Positions 49,420 to 61,298 of a DNA stretch of 64,000 nt are shown here, in pieces. Position 1 is the stretch's first letter. Each line of letters begins with the position of its first letter. The notes under the pieces were generated by a model. It ran no database searches. It was not told where the DNA came from and worked only from the letters and a program-made list of their open reading frames with translations. The stretch covers positions 1,860,001-1,924,000 of the forward strand of contig JAMWBK010000004.1 of NCBI GenBank assembly GCA_029953675.1, read 5' to 3'. The translations under genes were made by a program, and so were the position numbers. The stretch is from Rhodosorus marinus CCMP1338. Taxonomy: Eukaryota > Plantae > Rhodophyta.

Positions 49420-51937
49420 ATGTTCAGAGCAACTACTTCAAGGTTCCCGACCACGGCAGAGGTGAAGAACGAGTCCGGAGTTCCATGGGGAGCTCTGCTC
49501 ACTCCTCTTGTTTCATTTACTCCTGATGAGAGCGGGGTCTTCTTGCAGAAGGCTTCGTCTGGACTGAGTAGACACGGAAGCTCTGGTATGCAAGGAGCGC
49601 CGAAGGCTAGGAACTCTCCAGGTCCTAGTCTCAGGACAAGGCCGCCTGTCAACAAACCAACTGCCGAGGACATTGACCGCTGCAACGCATGCGGAGCATA
49701 TATCTCGAGATCGACGAGAATGGTAGCCGTTTTCTGGAGGTGTAGCATCTGCGGCAAGAGGAACGACTTGGGTGAGAGGTATACGTCGCTTGTGGATGGT
49801 CTCGACAGAGCCTCTTTACAAGAGCTCTCGGCTGATTTCTTCGAAGCGGAGGTGGAAAGGGACCTTGAAAGCAACGGATCTGGCTATATATATGTTATCG
49901 ACACATGCGGGTCTGAAGAGACTGTGCTGCATCTCCGCGACGCGGTAATGGCGTCCATTGAAATGCTGGGCGAGGATGATCTCGTCGGAGTCATGCTTTT
50001 GGGATCAGAAACGATTGCCCTGCTTGACCCTTACCAGTCCAATCCATCGAATGCCCCTCTTTTCCGCCGAATTGGGGTGGTCAAAGGTGACTCATGAATC
50101 TGGCGAGCTTCAACCGAAGTCTACATCGCGAGCGATTCCAAGCTAAAATCTCCCGGGTGTTCGTTTCAGGTGGGAGCTGCCGTGTTAGACTACAAGCTGT
50201 CATTGACCCTAGGCGCTGGCTGAGACCTCTCCGAGGTGAGGGTAGGGCTTGTATCGTTGCAGGACTGAAGCACGTGAATAGGAGTTCCACAAAACGTCCC
50301 CGACGGAATGGAGGCGATGCGAATGAGTCGCCGTGCCTTGAATCTGGACTGAAAGCATTGTTCGAACTATGGGAGGGTGTTTCTGAACTAACCAAGGCCG
50401 TCAGATGTTTCTTGCTCCTTGGCAAGCGGTACCTATTTAAGGGGCTTGGAATCTCAGTACTGCGAGCTTCACAACAGGGGGAGGCGGGGATCATGGTCGA
50501 TTGCGCGGTGCTAGATGACGATGCACGGCCGCCTCTCCCTGTGGCCGCTGTGATGAAGTCCTTCGAACCTCTGGTTAGAAGTACTGGTGGCTCCTTTATT
50601 CTTTGCGAAAATGCCAAGGCAATTCGGGATGAGCTCTGTCTGAGTTTGGAGAAGACGGTAGCATTGGATGGGTTGATGAGAATCCGAACTACAACATCCT
50701 TCAGGATTTCAAGGTGGCATGGTGCAGGCCTCGCACAAGATCCCCAGGTGAGACTGCTTGCTTTGGATCGTAGTATGGAGGCGACACGTTGTAAAATGCA
50801 GTCGATTTCCACTCTGCACTTCCAGACCATGGCATATCAGTTGCGTGCGAATGCCTAACCTGAGTTGGGCTTCCTCCATTTCTCAGGTTGATGACATGTT
50901 TCACATTAACTTGCAAAGCAGCTCACACAGCCTGGCTGTCATGTTTGAGTTCTCAACCTCGGACGGGTTCCTTGCAGCTGATATGCAACCATGTGTTCAG
51001 TTGGCGCTGAAGTATAGGGAGGTCAGGGCTGGCTGGCCCACAAGACGTTTGCTTCGGGTACACACACTCCAGTTCACAACTGATCAATCCGCAGAGCGAG
51101 TACGGAGAGAAGCGGATCCGGAGGTAGTTTTCTCGTTGCTTACGCGCTCTGTGTTGGAAGTAGCAAGGAGCGTTGGACCCGACGCTGCTGCGGAGTCCAT
51201 GAGGACGTGGTTGACCGTTCTTATGACGAAGGGTGAGCATGACCGTCGCTTGCAGAAACCTGGAGGATTCTGTTATCCACTCACTTCTTGACTGACTTCG
51301 CTTCTGCTGACTAGTATCCAACTCAGAGCGTAAATCCAAGAAGAACAATACCGCTCAAGGTACTGCGTTTATCGACCGAGTATCCCGGCTTGTGTACGGA
51401 CTGTGTCAAAGGAGCAATCTTTCCGACCCGTACATATTGAGCAGATGGGAGAATCTTCCCCCGGAATGGCTCGCTGCAGCAGTATATCCGAGAATGTTGG
51501 GATTCACTGCTGGTGAGGATGCCGAGGGCATCTATGGCACACAACCACGAGACCTTCATTTAGCTCTGTCTTCCATGGTCGATTCGGCGCTACCCCTCTT
51601 CATCATAGACGCGTACACTAAGGTGGTTGTCTACCTTTATACACCGTCAGCATCGGTTCACGCGCAAGCTTCATTCCCACCTTCTGAGGACTCTGCTCCC
51701 ATGCAAGTAGTCCGACGGCTCCGACGAAGCAGGCCAATACGTACTCAACTGCTAACTCTCAGACATGGCGTGAAGGAGGACGAGGCTGTGGTCAAGACTT
51801 TTCTAATTGAGGACGATGAAAGAGAAGCAGGGGCCGTTGTACTTAACATGTCCGATCAACCCCAGAATGACCCTGTCCAGGAGCCAGCCTCGGCTTATGA
51901 TCGGTTCCGACGAGAAATTTCCGGCGTGGTCAACTAA
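49420..51937 (+). CDS. Divergent Sec23/Sec24-family protein (zinc finger, trunk, beta-sandwich, helical, gelsolin-like)
   Basis: MFRATTSRFP..SGVPWGALLTP, RCNACGAYI..WRCSICGKRN, YIYVIDT..E.V..L..A..ASIEML..DLVG, and C-terminal LRRSRPIRTQL..FLIED. Confidence 0.85.
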
Positions 51938-52209
51938 CTATATTAGAATAGAACGCAGTAAATTTTGCAAAACCTGATCAGATACTTGCATAGAAATTGG
52001 AGTGCGGGACGAGAACATCAAACGATTGATTTCACGAACTTGGCGTCTGCTGATGTCCGTTGGGCATCCTCAGGCGCCGTTCATACGCTGCCAGCCTTGG
52101 CCACGGAATCATAACCCAATCGATGCACGCCTGACTGCTTGCTATAAAGTCCGTATGCAAGAACTACTCAAGACGACAAACGTTCATTTTGTGCACTGGT
52201 TTTGCTTCT

Positions 52210-52760
52210 AACGTTGTTCCCGCCAAAGATGAGCAGCTTTCACAAGGCTAAGATGCGCTGCGCGAAACAGAGGAGACACGACAACCCAAAAGCTCTCTGA
52301 AGGCCGTTTGCCTAAGGTAGTGGCCCAATCGGTCTGCGAGGCAAACTAGAAGCTTGCGCTGGAGACGGATATCAGGGGGGCAGCTGGGAAAGTGGGAGAC
52401 GGGCTTCGCCTTGCTATATTAGAAATTCCCATGGCTGCGACGTCAAGGTTCACCTTTCAAGAACCTATCCAATGACCCATTTTTGGACCGGGATTTTCTC
52501 AAACTACACCTTTGGACCCTCAACTCTAACTCACGCGGGTCCTGCGACTGGTGACGTCCTTCATGACCTCCCTGGCCGTGACGAACGAACTTGGCGGGGT
52601 GCTTTTTGACATAGTTTCCAAACTTGGGTATAATATGAACTTGAATCGGATAGCAGCTCCAGCAGCCTCCCAACCCTCCGCGAAACCTGCATTTCTGTTA
52701 GGCATCTAGCACCCAAAACATTTGGACAGCTGTCACCTTTGAGACAGCTGTGATTCCGTC
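52210..52760 (-). CDS. Possible small multi-exon gene, model uncertain
   Basis: Frames GFAEGWEAAGAAIRF..SRRTR and QGEARLPLSQLPPDIRLQRKLLVCLADRLGHYL are flanked by GT/AG sites. Weak GxxxG likeness to Yae1/Lto1. Confidence 0.25.
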
Positions 52761-53143
52761 CCTGTGGAAAAAAAGGTAACAGAAAAGTGATCTCGAATAC
52801 CCCTCTCTCCCCCAAAACCAATGAAGCTCCAGATATCAATATTTTGTTAATAAAACTGTACTTTTGGGTTTGCAGCGGCAATTTTTACCCGGGGGAAAAA
52901 CTTCTTGTTTTGCAATGAATGAAGTTATCTGTCATGCGCGATTGGGATATAGCGTGTGGGAGTGGCGAGTAAGCATTGAGGATGAAGGGAGCGTGAGTTG
53001 TATAGTTGTTTGGTGGTGGGGGTTTGGGAGCGGAGTGGGAGGTGCGTGAAATTGAGTTTTATAAGGATAATAATATTATTGTAGTTTGAGTCCGAACTAA
53101 GAAGAGTGCACAGAGAAGTACGTTTGACTCTGCGAGAAAGAAT

Positions 53144-53648
53144 ATGGCGAGTTTCATCACCCGTTTTCTTATGCCGAAGACGACACTTATCGAGAATATT
53201 CGATACGCCCAGAAGAGAAAGCTTCAAGGATACCCGACGCACCGACAATTTCCGTAAGTTCCTCAAGCATTTCGGAGTTAGTTAGGGAAGGAATTGCTTT
53301 TTGAATGGGTTGCTCGTGCGTGGGTAGTTTGTTCGGCGGTTGCGTTACCGCCCAGACAAGCGTTGGCTAGGCGGGGGTTGGGTTTATTGTTTTTCTTCCA
53401 AACGGCCCAGGTCTAGGGCATCGCTATTCGGGATCGACTTAGTGGAGTAGTTGTTCGCGCTTCCATTTAGAAAATTTGTCTTGTCCCACAAGAGCAGTAT
53501 TGACTAGTGTTCTGTTGTTTTTTTGATTCGTGTGTCTAGGTATGATGATTACTTGCTCATGGGAATATTCGCTGGTACCGCCTTTACCGTGGTTCAGTTC
53601 GCTTCCACAGCATATAATCTGATTATGGGAATTAAAAAGGAGGATTAG
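53144..53648 (+). CDS. 72-aa single-TM protein, cytochrome c oxidase subunit VIIa-like (2 exons; absent from the ORF track)
   Basis: Exons 53144-53253 and 53540-53648 (GTAAGT..TCTAG) give MASFITRFLMPKTTLIENIRYAQKRKLQGYPTHRQFPYDDYLLMGIFAGTAFTVVQFASTAYNLIMGIKKED, resembling the plant COX7a-like pattern LIExQRYFQ..GPYD..TM..YN..GI.K. Confidence 0.75.
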
Positions 53649-54684
53649 CTCACCAGCATGGCCGGCTTCAGAACGGCCTAATGAAGGAGCTGCAGAACGT
53701 CAAACTACGATTCGAGTATAGTAGTAGAGAAATAGCTCAAAATATGTTCGAAAGCCATAATTAATTCTGTCTCGTTTGACACAAAAGTGATCTTTGTCTT
53801 TGTCAACTATCCGGACTGTCTTGTGGAGATGAAGATGAAGTAGCAAACGCTAGTTTTGTTTTGGCACACGAAGCGAATGGACGAGTTTCCTACCAACCCC
53901 TGAATGAGCCGACTTCTCACGGACGGAACCGAGTCGTTCACCTTTTCGGAAGGACTCTAGCACCATCGGAGACTTTTCAATGCGCTTCTCCCAGCTCCAG
54001 GTCTTTTATGACAACTCAAGGAGGATCACCCCTCGAAGCCTAACTGCCTACTCAATCTAACCAGCAGAAACTACCAAGCTAGGACAGCATCAAGATCTGA
54101 AAACGTTGTTGTCCCAGCATAGTTTAGTCGAGCAAGGTTAGAACTCCACTTTCAATCATCGCGGAAACTCCCGGGCACCACACCTCATTGAAATCTGTGG
54201 TCTGGGATGAGCATTTTGACCACATGGCTAGCCACCTACGTGTGCCCAGTGCAACCACTCTCAAACTTTGCATCACCGGGAACACTTTCCATTTTTATTG
54301 AACCACTCCTCGCTATGCAAACTTATTAACACCCGCCGTCGACACCAACCAGCACATCGCAGCATGACTAGTTGATACCCGGAAAGTGCATGAGAAACGA
54401 GAAAACAAAGATGCTTGGGACTAGAACACAGGTCTAATTGTATCTGAAGAACATCATCCTCCGACAACAGGAAAAGTCGTAGCTATCAGAGCATGTCGAA
54501 GATCTCTACTACCCTCCCCAGCGGTCGATTCAGGCCCGGCACTGAGTATTTCGCAGGTTGACCACGACGGTGGGAATATGTTCTGCGGGGTGGGTGTAGG
54601 TGTATTGCTTAAGTTGCGACTAGGCTAGAGACACATATTGAAGAAAGAAGAGATTCAGGTGAAGCTGAGTATATTTAATCAAAT

Positions 54685-56581
54685 ATGTCTAACCCACAGC
54701 AGATTCTTCAGAAGAGTAAGATTGCACTGATGGATTGCTCGCCACTTGAATACTTTGGACGAGTGCCTATTTGCTGAATACATCTCTTTTTTGCTCTTTT
54801 GTGTTGTCTGCGTATTTTTTATTCTGTGCTCGGAAACAGTTGAGGAGATTGAATTTGAAATGTCTCGTACGCAGAAGAACAAGGCGACGAGCGGTCATTT
54901 GGTATGGACGAAATTTTCTGTCAGAGCTTCGCTTGTGTTGAGCAGAATTGTAACAGATTTCACCCTTTTTTTCTTGCTCTGCTTTTACGTTAGGGTCTTC
55001 TTAAAGCCAAGTTGGCGAAACTTAGGCGTGAACTGATTACACCAACTGGTGGCAAGGTATGAAGCTGTGAACTTCCTGTTTTTCTTTGGCCCGAAGATTA
55101 AGAAACGGAACCTTCACGTTTCCACAGGGTGGAGATAAAGGGGAAGGATTCGATGTTCCGAAGACCGGTGAAGCAAGGATTGGCTTGATAGGTAAGCCCA
55201 CGAGAGTCATGGCGAGCAGCTGTTAACTTGCTGCTGGTGCCTGTGATGAACCGATAGAATCGGGGCAGTTTGATTGGACACGAAATAGCTTCAAAGAGTT
55301 CTTTTATCCTCTTACGTGGTTCTTGTTTCATAATGATCCTGTCTCCCGTAGGTTTTCCCTCGGTTGGTAAATCCACTCTGATGAACAAGCTAACTGGTAC
55401 TGAGTCTTTGGCAGCAGCATACGAGTTTACGACTTTAACATGTATTCCGGGAGTGATTAATTACATGGGCTCGAAACTACAGCTGCTAGATTTACCTGGA
55501 ATCATCGAAGGGGCAAAGGATGGAAAGGGTCGTGGCCGTCAGGTACGCCCAGGTTTGCAGAAGTGGGAGTGAATGCCTTGGCACTGAGCGAGCGGGACTC
55601 TCTGCGTGTATTCAGGTTATCGCTGTGGCAAGATCCTGCAACTTGATTATGATCACTCTCGATGCATCGAAACCGGCGGTTCACAAGCGACTGATTGAGC
55701 ACGAACTGGAAGGTTTCGGGATTCGACTGAACAAGGAACCACCGACGCTGATATTCCGTAGGAAAGACCGAGGAGGTATAACCTTTTCAAGCAGTGTGCA
55801 GACCTCGCTTACCGCGGAATCCGTACGGGCGATCTGCGCGGAGTACAAGGTTCACAATGCGGTACGTTGAGCGTCATTTTTCGTCGTATGCTTGGCGTCC
55901 GCATTAAGACCCCATGCACTAAAGTGAACGATACTGGATGGACAGGACGTTATTTTGCGGGAGGAGACGACCGAAGACGAGCTCATTGACGTCATAGAAG
56001 GAAATCGCATATACATTCCGGCTCTGTACATTGTCAACAAGATCGACGCAATCACAATGGAAGAGCTTGAGCTGTATGATCGACTACCGCACTACGTGCC
56101 AATTTCCTCGGGACTTGACTGGAATCTTGACGGATTGTTGGAAGAAATCTGGTCGAGGTTGAACCTGATTCGAGTTTACACCAAGCCCAAAGGACAGATT
56201 CCAGTAAGTATCGCTTGCTCTCTTCACGCGGGCTGCTACTGGCAAAGAGCACTCCACCTGAATGGTAAACTTCTCTATTGTCTAGGACTACGGTGCGCCT
56301 GTGATTCTGAGGAATGACGAGAGGCATACCACAATTGAAGCTTTTTGTAACAAACTCCACAAAGCGATCATCAGAGAATTTAAGTACGCTCTTGTGTGGG
56401 GAATCAGCGTCAAATTTAACCCGCAGAAGGTGGGAATCCGTCATGACTCGTCACGATCTCAGCTTCGCATATGTTTTATGTTCTAAGAGAGTGGAGACGA
56501 ATTCCGTTACTTCGTTTCAACTAGGTCGGAAGAGAGCATAAACTCCGCGATGAGGATGTCGTGCAAATCGTTAAGAAGTAA
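54685..56581 (+). CDS. DRG1: Developmentally regulated GTP-binding protein 1 (Rbg1)
   Basis: [80 protein letters not shown] domain ending [10 protein letters not shown]. Confidence 0.95.
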
Positions 56582-58336
56582 GCATTCTAGAACCAATTGC
56601 GGTTTAATCAGATCCAGACGGCATTCGCATAGGGTGGCTCCATTAGGGCGGAGGGTTTTCAAATACCAATGTATAGCTTGAGGAGCGATTCGCCAAAGAC
56701 TTTTCCGATCACGTATTACGCAGGTTCCTCCATGAAGGAAACGGCTGTAGTGCATTTATATAAAGACCAGGATGATGACACAAAAAGCCCGTGCAGCAAA
56801 GAAGGGAATTCTGTATCGCTGCTCGCACCATCCGCGTGGCAACCGAGTAATTCCGTCTGCTTGCCTTTCCCTACCGGATAAACTACTCTTCTTGCTTTAG
56901 CAGGGGCCTTTGGGCTTTCGTGCTCGGAAACCCCTCTTCCCTCATGATTGACTGTTCGTTGCAAACGAGCTGATCGGAACCGAGCTCTTGTGGAATGGGT
57001 CTGCAAAGCGTCGTTCTGAGTCTGACCTGTCGAATCGTGCGTGGTTGCACGCAGTGGTCAGGTCCCGCAAAACGAGCACTGCACGAGATGGAATTTTCAA
57101 ACACTCAACGTCCGAAAACTCCAGAGTGGTGTGAGCCTCATTCTCTTACATCGTAGCGTACAGACTTTCCTTGGGAACAAGAAATCCGTCCCCACCCTCC
57201 CCCCCCCCTCCCCTCACAAACATCTACGACAAGGAGCTCCCACGCATGTATATACATTCCCAACACTAAATCAATCCCCATAGATCTCAAAACAACCCTG
57301 AAGTAATCCTCAACATAACCCAAAACCAAACATATGTGGACACCCACAAACGCTCCACCCCTACCCCCCGGCGCAAAACGGTTACAGAAATCAAAACAAA
57401 ACTACTAGATTTCAGTAAAATCCTCGAATAGGGAGATTGATACTTCAAAATACTTAACCCCCCCCCTTACGAATTTGGTCGACGTCCACAACCGGTGTCC
57501 CTACCAGCAGGACCTCCCCTAAAAATTTTAATTCATTTGTGCAAACGACGATCGTGAATCGTTAAATGCCTCATAAAACAATTCCAAACATGTTTAGCCA
57601 TTTTGTACAGATCTCAACGAAAAATCCTTTCTCTTGTCCCCACCCTACCATCGTATTGCTAAATACTACTTTCATTTACCACACACCCCTTTACTCGCCA
57701 TCTCCACAACGCCATTATAAATATTTCCGTACATTCGTAGAGGTTCAATGAAAGACTCTACCCCTTTATTTCTTCCTAAACTTAAACCCGAAAAGGACCA
57801 ACTTGTCGTCTTTCTTCCCCCCCTTCCCAAGCAATAAGCGTCAGGAAACAAAAAAATAATGCTAATAAAGATTGAACTATTGACTACTAATATGTACTAA
57901 GTGATCTGATTTCATATGAAAATTCAAGAAATACACTGGATTACGTATCAGTTGTCACCCAAGTCATCATCTGGTTGGAAAAAAACACCCGATTTCCTGG
58001 ATGTTGGGACCGGAATAGCTTTGTCGTGGTTGGCAGGTATTGACATTCTGCAAAAAAACTCCCCCAAATCATGGACGGTAAACCTAGGCAAGCATTTCAT
58101 GCTTTTATTTAATATTAGTAATTTAATGGACCTTTTTAGAAAATACGACGAAATATGCAAAGGGTGGATATCTAAACGTTCGATATGGAGGGATAGGATT
58201 TAATGGGGGGGTAGAGAGTAGAGGATTTTGATGGTCGGATTATTAATGGGATTTATGGACTGGGGTTTTTAAGAGCAGAGGGTTTTTGCGGAGGTTGTTA
58301 GTACCGGGTTGGGAAGGGGGTGTGTAGGCAGCTTGC

Positions 58337-58383
58337 GGGGTGGGGTGGGGGTGGGGCTGGGGTTGGGGTTGGGTGGGAGAGGG
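58337..58383 (+). promoter_or_regulatory. Nine-tract G-quadruplex consensus about 75 nt upstream of the SQD1 ATG
   Basis: GGGGTGGGGTGGGGGTGGGGCTGGGGTTGGGGTTGGGTGGGAGAGGG read directly. Confidence 0.65.
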
Positions 58384-58457
58384 CTTTGATTTGCGTTTTC
58401 CTTTTGTGTTTGGAAGATCAACAGTTGTTAGAAGGTTAAACGCGAGTTTAGATCCCG

Positions 58458-60144
58458 ATGGCTGGATTTGTTGCGGGAGGTCTGTGCGGTACGCGTGCCG
58501 GTACGGCGCGTGCGGTAGCTGAGAGAAATGGGTTTGGGATTAGGGCAGATCGGTGCAGGCGGAGGGCAGCGTCTGTGCGCATGTCTGGGACAAATGGAAT
58601 GTTCACACCGAGTGAGAAGAAGAAGGTTATTGTGTTGGGTGGAGATGGTTTCTGTGGTTGGCCAACCGCGCTTTACCTGTCAGAAATCGGGCATGATGTG
58701 ATCATTGTAGACAATCTGTCCAGGAGGGCGATTGATCTTGAACTGGAATGCGATTCCTTGACTCCGATCCAGAGCATGGGCGAGCGGCTTAAGGTACGGA
58801 CGTGGTCTTTCCGGCCAGGTTTTTTTGTAAACTGGCAATTGTTCCTGGAACCAAGATCACTAAATGTGCTCAATCGTCCTCAGGTCTGGAAGCAAGTATC
58901 TGGAAAAGAAATTCCCTTCCACTTCTTTGATGTCGCGAAGAGTTATGAACTGTTGCGAGAGCTGATCGCTAGGGAAAAGCCGGACGCTGTGGTTCACTTC
59001 GCCGAACAGCGAGCCGCACCCTACAGCATGAAGGGGCCGTATCAGAAGAAGTACACTATTGACAACAATGTCAACGGTACTCATAACCTCCTCTGCGCGA
59101 TTGTCGAAAGTGGATTGGATGTCCACGTCGTCCATCTGGGAACAATGGGTGTCTACGGTTACGGAACCAGTGGAGGCGAAATTCCGGAGGGATACATTGA
59201 TGTCACTCTCCCGGGCGGGCGAGAGAGCAATATTTTGCACCCTATGTCTCCAGTACGATCCTTCTTCACGTACAAAAATGTTCTAGACCCACGTGCTCAC
59301 CTGATCGCTTTTGATTGCTGTAACTGGTAGGGTTCTGTATACCACATGACCAAATGTCTGGACCAGCTCCTTTTCCAATTCTATCAGCGAAACGATGAGC
59401 TACGGATTACGGATCTCCACCAGGGCATTGTGTGGGGAACCAACACTCCTTGGACGAAGAAGGACGAGAGGCTGATTAACCGTTTCGACTATGACTCTGA
59501 TTACGGCACTGTTCTTAACCGTTTCCTCATGCAAGCGGCGATGGGATACCCACTCACTGTCTACGGCACGGGCGGTCAGACGAGAGCGTTTATCCATATT
59601 GAAGACACTGCGAAGTGTATTGGACTTGCTATCGAGAACCCTCCGAAATCAGGCGATAGAGTTGAGATTTTCAACCAGATCGCGGAAACGCACAGAGTTC
59701 GGGATCTGGCCAAGATCATCGCCGATCTGACCGGTAAGGATCTACTTGACGGTTCTCCGGGGAGCTGGGAGAATTTCTAACCGACTCCTTGCGTCATTAC
59801 TTGCAGGCTGTGAGGTGAAGAGCGTGAACAACCCGAGGAAGGAAGCAGCGGAGAATGAACTGGAAGTTTCCAATAAGAAATTCAGAAGCCTCGGATACGA
59901 GCCTATTTCGTTGGGCACTGGTCTTCTGGAAGAGGTTACGCAGGTTGCGGACAAATACAAGGACAGGTGTGACGTTGACAAGATCATGCCCTCGTCATTC
60001 TGGAACAAGAAAATCGAAGAGCAGTGCACGGATGATGTGAAGAAGCCAGACGCGGACGATGTAGATGAGAGTCTCCTCAACGCAATCGCCAAGGGCGATC
60101 CGAAGAAAGTCGAAAAATTGAAGGAGGTACTTCGAGGAAACTAA
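58458..60144 (+). CDS. SQD1: UDP-sulfoquinovose synthase (sulfolipid biosynthesis), plastid-targeted
   Basis: Transit peptide, GGDGFCGWPTAL, DNLSRR, VHFAEQRAAPYSM, HLGTMGVYG, YHMTK, TDLHQGIVWG, RFDYD..YGTVLNRF, PLTVYG.GGQTR. Confidence 0.97.
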
Positions 60145-60588
60145 CCGCAAACAATGAAATCCTCTGGCGAGGCTCGTGCTGAAGAAAGAAGATCAGCAAC
60201 AAGACAAAAACACCAGAAAAAGAAGAGACACGGCAACACCGCACCGTATTCTACGTGCTCTGAATATAGCCTATCGGCCAAAAAGAACGACGACGACGAA
60301 AGCCAAGAATAGTTTTTACACGAAGAGAACGAGGGTGGAAGCGGTTTTTTTCGGGGAGTAAAAAAAAGTTTTTTCCTTTTAATCAGTTGAGCCGTCTTGT
60401 CTAGCTCCGTGACTAGGAATCCACCCCAAGATCGTATACCTCGGAGCAGCGAGAAAGCTTCAGACTCACGTTAGATACTTCGAGACGAAGAGCACGCTTC
60501 TGTAAAGCGCTGAGAGGAGAGTGAAGCGTGTCGATCTCTTAACCAACACAACGACAGCACTACCCAGTCGGTACAGAGAGGGGAACCA

Positions 60589-61138
60589 TCAATACCGAAC
60601 GGAGTAGACCAGTGCCTGCTCCCATGTCATCCCCTGGGAACACGTCGTATCTGCAGGTCCCCAATATATCGATCGCTCCATAGGCCTTGGTCGCCATTGC
60701 TTACCTGGTCGTGGAAAATCTATCGCGCCTTGCACTCCAATTCCACTTCGAACCGCAGACCCCACGTTTTTCTTGTCGTCAGAGCGCGGGTGACTGTATT
60801 GGACAGGTTCAGACTGGGTGTCCCTACGAGATCTTGAGACGCAAGGCGATTTCGTCACGCAGTCCTTCACGAAATCAGATCCAGAGAGACACATGACAAC
60901 AGCACATACTCATCTGCTCTGGCGTTTCAAGCACAAGATTCTGGTTCCAATAAGGAAAGCGATGTTGACGTTCTTGCCAACTGGCATTGACCTGAGATGC
61001 GCTCCGTTCTGCACCTTGCAGATCCAGCTGGGCAGATAAAGCCAAAACGTTGCTGTTTACGAAATACACCGAAGATTTGGTTATATACCAAGGCTCTTGT
61101 TCTAGCTCAATCGTTGTGAGCTTTCACCTGCCCCACAT
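60589..61138 (-). CDS. Hypothetical 4-exon small protein (about 110 aa)
   Basis: Phase-consistent GT..AG splicing gives MWGSNVLAL..HRFPYWNQNL..GMTWEQALVYSVRY. No recognisable domain. Confidence 0.3.
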
Positions 61139-61298
61139 AGTTGTTGCAGAAGCGGTCGGTTGATGTGGAAGGAGATTGAAGGAGGCGGAGCAGAGCGTAT
61201 CTGATTGAGGGGGATTCCTGGAAAAGATCGGGGTGTCTCCGTTTTAGTTTTCTGGCTGTCACTTTAAAGCGAAGCTGAAAAAGCGAATTTTGCAAGCG

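Noticed and set aside
54100-54300. WCPG..IE segment resembling a gypsy integrase zinc finger
   Set aside because: HHCC residues are missing.
56600-57370. Possible minus-strand gene with a G-rich upstream tract
   Set aside because: Three alternative frames, none distinguishable.
57916-58203. 95-aa ORF in the AT-rich intergenic core
   Set aside because: Lies in a promoter-like region with no homology cue.
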